A DNA stretch of 63,055 nt, the filler included, from Octopus bimaculoides (Eukaryota): assembly GCF_001194135.2 (NCBI RefSeq). It is 4 parts of 4 records of this genome, joined end to end, with 100 filler letters (N's around TTAATTAATTAA, not from the genome) between each part and the next. Parts side by side here need not be neighbours in the genome. Positions count along the whole stretch, not along the records: positions 13,921 to 37,456 come from NC_068982.1; 3 more parts are not named here. One strand, written 5' to 3'. Of this stretch, positions 14,047 to 26,129 are shown piece by piece. How positions within the stretch are numbered: position 1 is the first letter of the stretch; every line of letters starts with the position of its first letter. The notes under the pieces were generated by a model, which saw only the letters and a program-made list of their open reading frames with translations, ran no database searches and was not told the origin of the DNA. Position numbers and translations under genes: made by a program.

Positions 14047-14874
14047 TTGGCTTTGCTTTTGTCTTCTAATACTAAGTTAAACATGTCTGCAGCTTCAATT
14101 AACAGGAAGAGAAAGCGACTTTCAAATGCTTCTTCAAATAAAGAGAACTCGATCTGTGATTTAAATGTCTCTAATTCAGCTATTAACAACAACTTGACAT
14201 CATATTCATTTGAATTCCATAATACAGCAAACTTCTGTGTAGACTTTGAGAGGCCACGATCTTTCAACTTTTTCCCAGCTGATTTAGTTAATAGGGAACC
14301 ACCCTCCTACTATGATGAAAGTCAACTTCAAAAACGGCGCAGATTATCTAATACTCAAATACAAAAACCTCCGGATATTCCACCATTCTTTTACCAAAAG
14401 GTAGAAGAAATTATCCATTCAATTGAAGTCATTCACAAGAATGTTCTTTTTAACTTGATGCAAATGAGGAACATGAAAATAGATGAGATGAGCTCAAAAT
14501 TCAATACATTGGCAGAAGGACCAGTTAATCCCAAAGCAAAAAATCTACAGCAAAGGAATGATTATTTTGCTGCTCAGTATTTTTACCAGCAGTCATTAAA
14601 AAATGATTTTTCTGCTAAGATGAATGCAATTGCTAATTTCTATGATCAGCAGAAAGATCGTCTTACATTCCAAATTAATTGTGTCATGCAGCAAATTAGA
14701 GATTTTTCTATGTTCTCAAATGATTCTATGAGTATCCAAATACCTGTACCGAAAGGGCCATGTGCCATGAATGACTATTTTCTGTCTTATGATTTGATTA
14801 CACTTCCTTTTTATATGGCAGCTGATTTTATTAAAGATGAATCAATATACACACATTATTATCTACACATGTAG
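14047..14874 (+). CDS. Uninterrupted 275-aa ORF of unknown function (basic NLS-like motifs, helical central region)
   Basis: 828-nt open frame in AT-rich DNA, non-repetitive protein-like composition, RKRKR and KRRR motifs, followed by about 2 kb of low-repeat AT-rich sequence. No family confidently recognised. An assembly gap lies just upstream. Confidence 0.6.
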   Translation: MALLLSSNTKLNMSAASINRKRKRLSNASSNKENSICDLNVSNSAINNNLTSYSFEFHNTANFCVDFERPRSFNFFPADLVNREPPSYYDESQLQKRRRLSNTQIQKPPDIPPFFYQKVEEIIHSIEVIHKNVLFNLMQMRNMKIDEMSSKFNTLAEGPVNPKAKNLQQRNDYFAAQYFYQQSLKNDFSAKMNAIANFYDQQKDRLTFQINCVMQQIRDFSMFSNDSMSIQIPVPKGPCAMNDYFLSYDLITLPFYMAADFIKDESIYTHYYLHM

Positions 14875-17800
14875 AGTGAATGATTTGACGGCATTGGACT
14901 TGGTACCACATTCATTCAAATGCAACTAATCTGACTTTGCTTTTCACTCATTTGGAATATGTAAAATAAGTACCTGATTGTTTTGAATAACCTATCTCAC
15001 TCTACTACACAACTGGCCATGATTGTGGGAAAAGCACCTGAGAAATCATTCAGATTTGAAGTCATTTTGATAATTTTGTGGTAAAAGATTGTGGGATGTT
15101 CTGTAAAGGAAATGCAGCATTTAAAATGTTTATAGTTTGATGCTATACACATTGGAGTCATAGGTTAGGGAAGAGAAAAATAATTCTTAAATATTTTTAT
15201 ATATTTTTGCAAGTGATTTCTCTTCAAACTTTCAAAATGAATGTAATAGTTGGACATTGGTATATTCTTCAGTTCCTATGGAGAACTATGGGTTTTTTTT
15301 TTTTATCACAGTATTGATATACTCTAATTGATTCTTGTGACTTTTGTAGCTTACAAAATAGAACTGTGTTGCTGAAATGGGAACAATCATGCCAATCTAT
15401 TCAGTCATTTATGGTTTCTGTCCTAAGTAATATTGATGTTTGTGATATCTGACTTTTGGCTAGCCTGTGTCAAGTTATGTACTTAACTGATACATGTCAT
15501 GCCATTACCATACCACTTCACAGGCTGGTAAATTTTGGAATGTGTTTAGAATTTGTAGGTGCTTGTTGTAAAAGTAGTTGGTCAATATTTGATTTGACTG
15601 TCAACTGTATTGCTTTTTCGACTAAAGATATACAAATATTACACAGCTACAGTTCGTCACTCTGGCTATTGACCTACTATCAACACCTATTTCTATTTGA
15701 TTTTCTTCTCCCTTTATCATTTCTACATGAATATCTTCATTCTGTCTCCTCTCACTAATTCATCGCTATTTTCCCTCCCACATTAGCACTCTGGTCATTG
15801 AACATTGATAATCATTGGGTTATTACCCTTACTCTTCACATCTATTCTTACTGCTCTCCAATTTTATTTGTTTATAAATTCTTAAATTTTTTCCTCCTTC
15901 AAACAAAGGGTCATATCTGTAATGTCAGAATCCTTATCTTTGGCACAGCATACAAACTCCATCAAATATCTGAACTTTAAACAAATTTTGTTCATGCTGA
16001 TGACCACTAATTTTCTCTGAATCATGTTTTATACATCAAATAAAGTTTGCTGCTTGTATCATTTCCCTGAACTCTGAGAAAAGTATCTCTATTCATTGCC
16101 AATAGCGATGGACTGGTCACTGCCAGTAGCAATCAATTGGGCAGAATTCCTGTCAGCTTACAACAGCGAAAAATTTTTAGGCAATACTGAGGAATATGTT
16201 AGGAAGTGTGTAGTGGGTAACCAAGCAAGAATCTATGCTTATTTTATTGACAAGTTAGGGTTTGAATTCAATAGTCTCTGAACTGGTTACTCTAAATATC
16301 CAAGCCAAAATTTTACATTCTTGGCCATTTCCACTGTTCAATTATAGGCTAGTGTTCATTTGATGGTGAAGTACTCTCACTGTTGTACAAGATCAGTGAC
16401 AGCTTGAGGCTGAGTAGTATTTGAATTTGATGAGCTCCAGTGATACTTTAGTTATGTGAATGAAATTAAGCTGCATTGAATAGAAAAAAATCCTTCATTT
16501 CCTTCATGTAATTACATCACTGTTTCTTCAGAGCCAAAATATTGTTCAGCTTTGATAGTTAATCAATGAGATGTATTTATCCTTTGAATTGCTACTTAAT
16601 TCAGACTCCTTTACAATACTGTAAGAGTAGCATTCAGGGTTTCTCAAAACCCTAACCTAAATGAAGTGCAATTGATATAAATGGGAACTTGCATCACCTA
16701 AATATTTGCTTATCACTGTGTCAAATTAAATATTAATCTTAATTACTAAATACAGCTATTATTCATTTTAGGTGGGATTCATATTAATAGCTAAAACCAA
16801 CTTTCCATTTCAGCTCCAGACTGTTATTAGAAAACTTTCAAATTATTTAGCAAATGTTTGTCATCAGTCTTTTGGCTTATGTATGACATGGCTTTGTAGT
16901 AAGTTTGCTTCCTAATCCATTTGGTTCTGGGTTCAGTCCCAGGATCAACAAAAGACTTAGGTGGGGATTTGGTAAATGGGAATAACTGACAGAAGCCTGT
17001 GTGTGCCCTTGACATTGTTGGATATATGTAAATGTTTGTCACTGCTAAACAAACAATGTCATTCATTTCCAATATCCTGTGAGAACCTGTCACATCATAA
17101 GGAAATATTACCGTTCTTGGAAACAGGAAGGGCAACCAGTCACTGAAAATCTGCTTCAATTAATTCCATCCAACTGATGCAAGTATGGAAAAGTGGTCAG
17201 TAAAATGATGACACATTTAAGTCTGGTTTCAGAATATTGTCTTTGTTTTCCGTGCACTTAATAGAGAATATGAATATTTTGGTGCATTTTGTGTTAAATT
17301 AAATATTATTTAAAGTATATTTTTTATCCTATGAATGATTTATACAATAGCATATTAAGTACAGTGCAAATATTAACCCTGTGGAATTGGTACACAAATT
17401 CAACTTTGACTCCCTAATTTGTGTCAATTATTACACTTGAAGATCACATCATGTGTTCTTTTGATGTTCTCAGGTGAAATTAATGACAGACCTGCACTTT
17501 TAAACTACAGGCACTATCCAATTGATGGGGTTCAACAAAATTTCTGTCTATCCAATTACACTCAGAAGGCTTTGGTTGACATAATTTTATGATGGGACAC
17601 TTGCTTAAGATGCCATGCTGTGGGATAGAACCTTATATCTCGTGATTGTGAAGTAAACTCCTTTACTATCTAGCCATGCAGTATACTGTAATTTATCTAT
17701 TTCATTACCATATTCATTTTGAGATGCTCTGTGTTTCTTTCAATTAATTTTAAATATAAAAAAGAATTTAGTAAAATAACTTAGTTATCATTAAGTTAGT

Positions 17801-18039
17801 GTTAGGAACATAAATTGTGACTAATTTGGTGGAAGATTTTAATTCAAAACTTATGGAAATGAGACATTTGTACTACAGAGGCGGTTTCAGCCTTTTCCTA
17901 TTGTCACTTTGATTTAACGGAGTTGTTTAGTGAGTGCACATATCTGGAATTTTTGACAGCTTCACATAAATTGAAAGAGATGGTTTTGTTGATACAATTA
18001 CTGAATGGTCACTGCTGGAATCTACATACATTTGTATGT

Positions 18040-19070
18040 GGGTTGGCTTCACTCTTCTGTCGATATTGGTGTTGACTCTACTTTCGGTGTTGGTGCTGGC
18101 GTTTCATTTGTTGTTTCTTCTAATTATTCTTCTTTTTCTTTCAGTTTACATTCCGACCTGATGTGGCCCTTCAACCCGCAGTTAAAGCACCTTGGTTTTC
18201 TTCCTTCTACAAATACTATCAATTTTTCTTCTCTGCCTACATTTATGATTTCCGCAATCTCTTCAAGGGTTGTGACTTCTGCTTGAATTAGCATTGTCAA
18301 ACATTGTCCCTTCCAGTTCAACTCCTTTTCCACAGAGGCCTGGCGTATAGTTATTTTGTCCTCCAGGCCCATCGTGATAGCTGCCACTAAACAGGTGGCA
18401 TCAACTTCTGGAGGGATGTTGTTGACTTTCACCTTTGACGTTCTTCTTCCCATATATACGAGAAGAAGAACCACTTCCTCCATTGTGAGGGTCTCCGAGG
18501 AGTACATCTTGGCTGCTTCCTCTGACCTAAACCTCACTTTGATCGTTCCAAATCTTTTACCACGGTTAATGTACGTAATATCAGGCCAAATAGGTTTGAG
18601 GCATTTTTCCACAATTTTCTCCTCTGTTTTATATATCCTTTTTTTTCTTCCAATGTTGTAGGTTTTATACAAGATTCTCCTCTTGTTAACTATGTCAGTT
18701 GTTTCTTCTGGAGTGGCCACTTGAATTTCAGACCCCTCTTTTTTTAGTATTGACATGTATCTTTGCATTTCAAAAAAGTTTAATTCTCTCGGCGTCACTG
18801 CCAGTGAAATTCTTTCTTCCCCTGCTTCAGACACGGGTGAGTATGAAATTGGTGCAAGCAAAGAAGTTTCCATTTTTTTTTTCTCACAAAATTGGCTTAA
18901 AAAGCCACAAGATATAATAACAATGATTCCCCCACAGGTGGGAATTTCAACAAGCAGCTTCCAAAAAAGCAATCAACAATTCTTTTCAACAAAACAATAA
19001 CAACAACTCACCATAGTACTTCAATCAAACAAAACACAGAGAAAAGTAAAATGTACTAACAACAGGAGAC
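18040..19070 (-). mobile_element. ORF1/Gag-like element copy A1 (5' UTR plus ORF through CCHC knuckle, 3' end missing)
   Basis: ORF 18124-18972 contains RRILYKTY, KRFGTIKVRF, IPPEVD, WKG and VEGRKPRCFNCGLKGHIRSEC (CX2CX4HX4C). T/G-rich 5' leader. Boundaries approximate. Confidence 0.8.
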
Positions 19071-19074
19071 TTGT

Positions 19075-21101
19075 AAGAACGAATCGAGTTTCGTTGCTGG
19101 AGACACCACCCCCTAGAACTGATTATTTACAGTTGATAAAGATGGAAGTAACAGTGATTATAATTCTTTATTACCCAGGAGGGGCCGACAAAGAGGGACA
19201 GACAATTACATTGGGGACACATAAAAAATGTACAATTAAAATAAAATAAATAAAAACGTATGATATAATGAAAGATGGATAAATGTAAAGATGAAAATCG
19301 TGTTACCCGCCCCATGAGACAACACTTGCTTCCTTCCCTCTATACTTCATTATGTCCAACTCAAATCTCTCTATCAGTTCTTCAGACTGAACAAACTGTG
19401 GCAGGTTCCCCTTATCGAAGTCAACTTCCCACATTTCATAATCCACATTATGTCTCTCTATATCCATCCTTTGCTGTGCTGTTAATAGTAGCACCACACC
19501 TTTCACACCTTCTGCACCAACATGCAGCCTTTGCAAACAGGTCATCGTCATGAATTATACACGCAAAACATCCACTAGGGGGGAGGTAATTTTTGAGGCA
19601 TTGTCTGAATGTACTCTTTTCTTTTGTTTATGTGATGGAGGGGAATAGAAAGGCTTAGTGACTGCAGGGCGAGGGTGGGACAGAGAGGGTATGGGTGGGC
19701 CTTGGGTAGTTGTCAGGTGGAGTTGTGTGTGTATTGGACTTGCCTTTTTCCACTTCCTTCTCTTCTTCTGAAACCAATTCCTCCTCCTCCTGTTCTTCCC
19801 GGGGCCTCTCTTGTGTCTTCTCTTTAATGCTTTCTTCTTACACTTCCTCCACTCTTTTATCTGGTGGAGGGTGTATTTTTTCCACTCTTTTATCTGGTGG
19901 AAGGCATTTCGCTCTAATGTGGCCCTTCTGACCACATTTGAAACAGCGCGGTATCCTGCCCTCCACCCTTACATTCATTGCAACTTCATCCACAGTTATT
20001 GTTTCCACCATCTCTTCTATTGCCTCACTTGAACCTTGCACTATCATGTTTAATATTTAGCCTTTCCAATTTGCACTTTTCGTCTTAGTTGCCTGGAGCA
20101 CCACTATTTTTCCTTCAGTTTCAGCCAAGACAGCAGTCGCTATCCAGGCTACGTCAATTTCTGGTGGTATTCCTTCTACCCTTACCCGAGACGCTCTCTG
20201 TCCCAGGTACATGGGTAGGAGTACCAACACTTCATCCTTCAGTGGTGTTGCCTCGTGCTTCTTTGTCATGTTTTCGTTTTTGAATCTTACTTCAATTTCC
20301 CCAAATTTCGGTCCTCTGGCAAGATATGCTATTTCTTGCCAGATTGGCCTCAGCACCTTCTCCACTTGCTCTGTTGTCATAAGATCTATTTTCCTTTCCT
20401 TGATTGAATAAGTCTTGTACATTATTGTTCTTCTTTTTATCAGTTTTGTCGTTTCGAGCGGAGGGGTCACTTGTACGTTGTAACCGTCTCGACTCGACAA
20501 CTTCTTGTACTTCTCAATATCAATTACTACATTGTCATCTTCTTCTCAGGTGACACCTGCGAACCTTCTCATTTCCAACTCCTTATCCATAGCCTCAACA
20601 GACCTTAACAACTCCTCCTCGGATGACGACAACTCTGACCCGCTAAGGTCTGAGTAAAAGGAATTCCTTCTACTTTTATTAGCCATACTAACTCTCAAAG
20701 AGAGAAAGCACGGCTACACCGCTGCAGAGCAGCACACAACAAACAAAACAATCCTTCATCAAAACAAACCAACAGACAAAATAAACTTACACTTTTTTCG
20801 TTCAAAGACGGAAGTAACAGTGATTAACGGGAGGAAAATAACGATAATATTTCAATTTCTTGAGTTGTTAAAATGTATCCATGAAGTTTGAGTAAAAGTG
20901 AAAAACTGGATAAATGTAACCACCCGCCTTCGGGGGTTGAGTGGACATTGCGCCTCATTTTTCATCCTGCTTATTATCATTTTGTTTAAATTTCTTCTAC
21001 TATCATCATCCGATTTTATGTTTGTTGCGTTTTATATTGTCTTTGTTTTATGATGTCCTATAAAAACTCTTTGTATAGCCTTTTTGGGGTAACAAAGAAA
21101 T
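19075..21101 (+). mobile_element. Copy A2: 3' portion of a copy-C-type element (19075-19160 plus 20827-21101), split by insertion of copy B
   Basis: Removing B and one repeat copy restores LLETPPPRTDYLQLIKMEVTVINGRKITIIFQFLEL, colinear with copy C LVETPPPRTDYLQLLRTDVTMINGRKVTRVFEFFEL. The 3' UTR aligns with the reverse complement of 29692-29900. Confidence 0.82.
19161..20803 (-). mobile_element. ORF1/Gag-only non-LTR-type element copy B, apparently full length (about 1.64 kb), with in-frame stops
   Basis: ATG at 20686 (MANKSRR...). The same frame continues through ORFs 20057-20500 and 19838-20047 across single stop codons to CFKCGQKGHIRAKC. 3' end gggtaataaagaatta. Flanked by a 23-bp direct repeat AAAGA(T/C)GGAAGTAACAGTGATTA at 19138-19160 and 20804-20826. 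Confidence 0.85.
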
Positions 21102-21262
21102 CGGTATTTCGTCTCTTTTACGTTCTGAGTTCAAATTCTGCCGAGGTCGATTTATCCTTTCAGGGTCGATAAATTAAGTACCAGTTGTGTACTGGGGTCG
21201 ATGTAATTGACTGGTCCCATCCCCCAAAATTTCGGGCCTTGTACTTAAAGTAGAAAAGAATA
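21102..21262 (+). mobile_element. SINE family 1, 3' part only, starting at CGGTAT directly after copy A2
   Basis: cggtatttcgtc...gagttcaaattctgccgaggtcga...aaatttcgggccttgtacttaaagtagaaaag. Confidence 0.8.
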
Positions 21263-24200
21263 TTTTGTCTATTTTCAAGAGAAGTTGCTACTAGTCTTTG
21301 AACAGTCAGTTGTCAGTTTACATGGAAAGGAACAATGCAGTTATTAATAAAAGTTGAAATTAATGCATGCAAGGTTTCACAGATCTAGTATCACTCCTTC
21401 ATAGTCGGCCTATGAAATTTTCAGTCCATCCTCATATATGCACAGCCAGGGTTCACTTCTTTGTGCAGTTTTGGGTTCAATCCCACTGTGAGTGTCTTCT
21501 ACTGTAGCCTCGCACCAACTTATACTTTGTGAAGTAATTTTGTTGAAAGCAGCTGCAGGAAACTCATTGTGCGTGTGTGTGTGCAAAAAATATGACTGAC
21601 TGGTTAAATTCATGTCAATCATGAGGTCCTGGTTTTAGTACCACTGCGACATCTTGAGCATGTATTCTTCTATAACCTTGGGTTGACCCATGCCCTGTGA
21701 GTGAAATTGGGTAGACAGAAACTGTAAAAACCTGTCGGGTGGATTGTACCTATAATTGAGAGGGATAGTCTTGTTACTGTGCCATGTTGATTTTTTTTTT
21801 TTTGAAAATTACATTAATGGTACGTTGTGTCTGGAATGCTCAGCTACTTAGTTAATTCTGTTGGTAGAACAATTTAATCCTCGTTGAATGATAGCGGTCC
21901 GTCATCATGTGTGCATGCGAGTGTGCGCTAAAGTTGATATTCTACTCTTGTCACAAGGTGGTGTTGATGTTGGCATTCCTTGTTGATATGATGACCTGTT
22001 GCCCTGCGCTTTGGAAGACCTAGAACAAAACCATCCGTTACTTGAAAACAAGTTAGGGTTGGCGACAAGAAGAGCATCACGCAGTAAGATTGTTCCTCAA
22101 GCAACAAGCTAGATCTTTCTTCGTAGAAGCCATTAAATCTAATTTGTTTGCATAATACCAGTGCAATCTGAAATTGGAATGGTTGATCCCCTTCTATCCT
22201 ACTGTTATTTAGAGTGTTCTGATTTGATTTTCGATACAGAATGCCCTTAATTCTCATTCCACACATCAGCCCTTATCTCTGCACTCTAGCTCTGCCAGTC
22301 TGTACTAACTGTTTCTGGTTGCATATGTGCTTCACTCCTTACCTATCAAATTCCTAAGCGGGTAACCGAAACTATAATTGTAGGCATATCCATTTGCATT
22401 CGACATCACATACTCAGTGCTCCAAGTGGTTCACTCATAGTTGTGTTGTAGCATGCAGAAAGAGGAGATCTGCAAGAGCACTATTCGAGCCATGAAAGAT
22501 GACTTTGTATATCGAACAATGCTCCAAGTATACCACTTTCAAAAACTGCAGTCGATACTTTTGTCTCATTCCCATAAGAAGCAATTTCACTAACCTTGCG
22601 AACCATCGTTCTATCAGGTATGAAATGTTTTGGTTCCTGCCTATTTAATATCTCTTACTCAAAGCTAACTTGAGATCAGACGTTTTAGTGTTTCTCTCTT
22701 TCTCTTCTGCCTTCTCTTGAAAGCACGTGATTTAGTGGTTAAGGTATTCGTCCCACGATTGTAAGGTTGTGATTTCGATTCCTGGCAGCACGTATCCTTG
22801 AGCAAAACACTTTATTTCATATTCCTCTAGTCTACTCAGCTGGCAAAAATAAGTTGTACCCGTAAATTCAAAGGGCCAGCCTTGTTACATTCTGTGTCAC
22901 ACTGAATCTTACTGAGAACTACATTAAAGGTACACATGACTGTGGAATGCTTAGCTACTTGCACATTAATTTTTGCAAGCAGGCTATCCCTTGCAATAAC
23001 CAACAGTGCCAGTTTATATATATGAGCATAATTCTCTTTGTGTGTGTGTAAGAGGAAAGGGTAAAGTTTTTGTTAATCCTGTTCAGTTAATGAATTGTAA
23101 TGTCTGTTTGTCTGTCTCCCTCTCACTGTCTCTCTCTCCCTCTCTGTTTCTCTCACCTCCCCCCTGACTGTCTCTAAATTTCTGCATGTGTGTGTTTGAC
23201 TCTAGTACTAAAAAGTCTTGTCACCAAAGCAGGTTCAGTGCTCGGTTATCTGTTCCAAATCACCAACGTCCAAGCAGCTGCACTCGAACGTCTCATTCTG
23301 AATTTACGGCACAAACTTCTGGAGACAGTCATTGAAAACAACCTCCTCCGACACACTGAGTCTGCTTAATGATCACCCTCAGTATGGTGCTGAGTGCAGC
23401 ACCTCTGAGGATAGTTATGATACTGTATTCTGTTGAGTAATCAGTCTTTATTTTGTAAATCAAAGGATGTTTTCACTATTTCATCACTGTTTTTTGATGT
23501 GGCTACTTCACTTCAGTTACTACCAATTTTTTCAGAGCTATCTGAAACTTTAATCGAAATTTATCCAAAAAAGTTTTGTTTTATCCTATAGTCTTATCAT
23601 AAATATGTCACCGTTATAAATCTATTGATTATGGTAGAGTTGCACATATAATAGAAATTATCTAAATTTCCTTGAGCAGTCGTTTGAAGTCAAAAAGGAA
23701 GCATGGGAAATAACTTGTATATGATTGAAATTTTTGGACAATATAGTCATTGCAAAGCGGAGCGGATCTGGTCTTTAAAAACAGCTGATGAAAGCATGGG
23801 ACTTGTTTAGTGAAGCGTATTCTATTTATCAAAACTAAGAGTTAGTAGCAGTTATTGGCAAACCCTAGCCTGCGAGACTTGTTGGGTGGCACCTCTAAGT
23901 AAAAATTACCTTTAATTTTCTAGTCATGCGGTTCACCTGATGATGAGTCATGTCTCATGCGGCCCACTCCTTGAAAAAAATTGCTCGTGCCTGATTTATA
24001 GGAACACTAATTATAGATATTAACAACGTAGCAGAAGGAAAATATCTCAGGTTAGCGTTTTACATATGTAATATAGGGAGCTGAGAAATTTAATTGAACA
24101 GAACGTTCCTCTAACCACAAGTATAAACCAGAATGCATTTTGCCAATAAAAGCCAATATGAGAGTTTCTCTCATGGTATCCACGGTAGCAGTTTGTTGTA

Positions 24201-24363
24201 ACAGAACCTCCATGTTTGAAGGGGATAAATATTACCTGTCTGAGTCAATTTGATCCTCTAAATCCTTGAAGGTGTTGCCCCCGTATGACCGCAGTCCGAA
24301 ACCAATTAAATAACTCCGCTAGTTGTATTACACCACGTGTAATTATAACTGCTCGCAGTATAG

Positions 24364-24807
24364 CCGCGGGAGTGGCTGTGTGGTAAGTAGCTTGCTTACC
24401 AACCACATGGTACCGGGTTCAGTTCCACTGTGTGGTAAGTAGCTTGCTTACCAACCACATGGTACCGGGTTCAGTTCCACTGTGTGGCACCTTGGGCAAG
24501 TGTCTTCAAAATTAGCCACGGGCCGACCAAAGCCTTGTGAGTGGATTTGGTAGACGAAAGCTGAAAGAAGACCGGTGTATATATATATATATATATTTAT
24601 TTATGTGCGTGTATGTTTGTCCTCCCCAACATCGCTTGGCAACTGGTGCGGTTGCGTCCCCGTAACTTAGCGGTTCGGCAAAAATAGACTGATAAAATAA
24701 GTATTAGGCTTACAAAGAATAAGTTATGGGGTCGATTTGCTCGACTAAAGGTGGTACTCCAGCATGGCCGCAGTCAAATGACTGAAACAAGTAAAAGAAT
24801 AAAAGAG
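24364..24807 (+). mobile_element. SINE family 2 copy with a 52-bp tandem duplication in its head
   Basis: tgtgtggtaagtagcttgcttaccaaccacatggtaccgggttcagttccac occurs twice in tandem. Confidence 0.8.
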
Positions 24808-26129
24808 CCCCCAAACCACATATTTAGAGGGGTGGAAGGAACATTGATNNNNNNNNNNNNNNNNNNNNNNNNNNNNNNNNNNNNNNNNNNNNNNNNNNNN
24901 NNNNNNNNNNNNNNNNGACTCAGTACTTGATTGCTATGGATTTTATCCAGAGGACTAAGTCTGTGTACTTTGAAAACTAGTTTCAAGCAGCGCTCTTCGT
25001 TCGTGAAGACAACGCGCGCACACGCACACACACACACACACACACACAATGCGCATCGAGATGGAATCGAGAACAAAGGAATTGCGAAACGAACTTGTTA
25101 ATCGTACATTTTATCGACTCTTGAGATGTGAAAAAGAAGTTTGACTTCTGCATTTGGACTCGAAACGTAAAAGAATATTGTAAAAAAATCTCACTCTTAG
25201 TCTGCTCTCTCGCTCTTCATTGACGAGACAAGAGATCACCGATTCTTTTTTAAAAATAATTAGATATGAAGTATCGTACGAAGGGAGATAAAAATACTAA
25301 CCATAGAAAAATGCTTCTATTTCAAGGGACATAACTCTGAGAAATATTTACCGTCACATTTTAGCGTTTAACCCATTACCTACCAGTGATCTCATGTGAG
25401 ATCACTTAAAAATTACAAATTTCGTAATTATCTGTCAATATTTACACATATCTAACCTTTTTACTAAGATCGGAANNNNNNNNNNTTATGCTAGAAATCA
25501 AAGTTTCATAAAAAAATTCCAGTTAATAGAATTATGGGAGGTAATGGGTTAAGCTATACGAAACTATGTTTCTGTTTAAGAACGTAGAAATTTTCCCTCG
25601 TCTAATTTTGAGTTAAATGTTTATAAAAAAAATCTTGGATAATATACTGGATGCTTAAGACACCTTATTTTAAGTAGCAACTTTATGGCATGTATCTCTT
25701 TTTGAATTTTTGGGTGAAGCACATACACAGTCATTGTACACCTTGGTTTCTCCGTGGAGAAAGAAAAAAAAAAAACTTAGACCAGCTAAAGTAAGTTTGG
25801 AATGATAGTTGTAGTGGGAAAGGTATAGCAAAAGATGTTGAGGTTGCAGATGAAATAGGCATGTGGACGACGTCAAAGTAAAACAATGGGAAAACATCGG
25901 ATTGTAGTTTAAATAATTTATTTCACTACATCACATTACCAACTTACTTCGAGCTGGAGAAGAAGAAATTAACAGGGTAAATACTGTGTCGAAATGATGA
26001 GGTAAAACCGGACATGTTTTGTGTCTGTGTGCGTGTTGGTTATTCGGTGGTGTCTGTTTATGTTCTGCGACTGTTATTGTGTTGGATTGTTCAGGTTGAA
26101 TATCTGGATCTGTGTTACCTGCTTAACTG

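Noticed and set aside
18124-20686. Domesticated Gag/Arc-like host gene or LTR retrotransposon
   Set aside because: No LTRs, primer-binding site or protease were seen. Copies carry stops or frameshifts and sit between TSDs, so they behave as mobile non-LTR-type insertions rather than conserved genes.
21930-23430. Coding-like stretches at about 21930-22620 and 23205-23430
   Set aside because: Every frame I tried hits stops within about 55 codons and no motif was recognisable. Possibly a decayed element or UTR, but not supportable.
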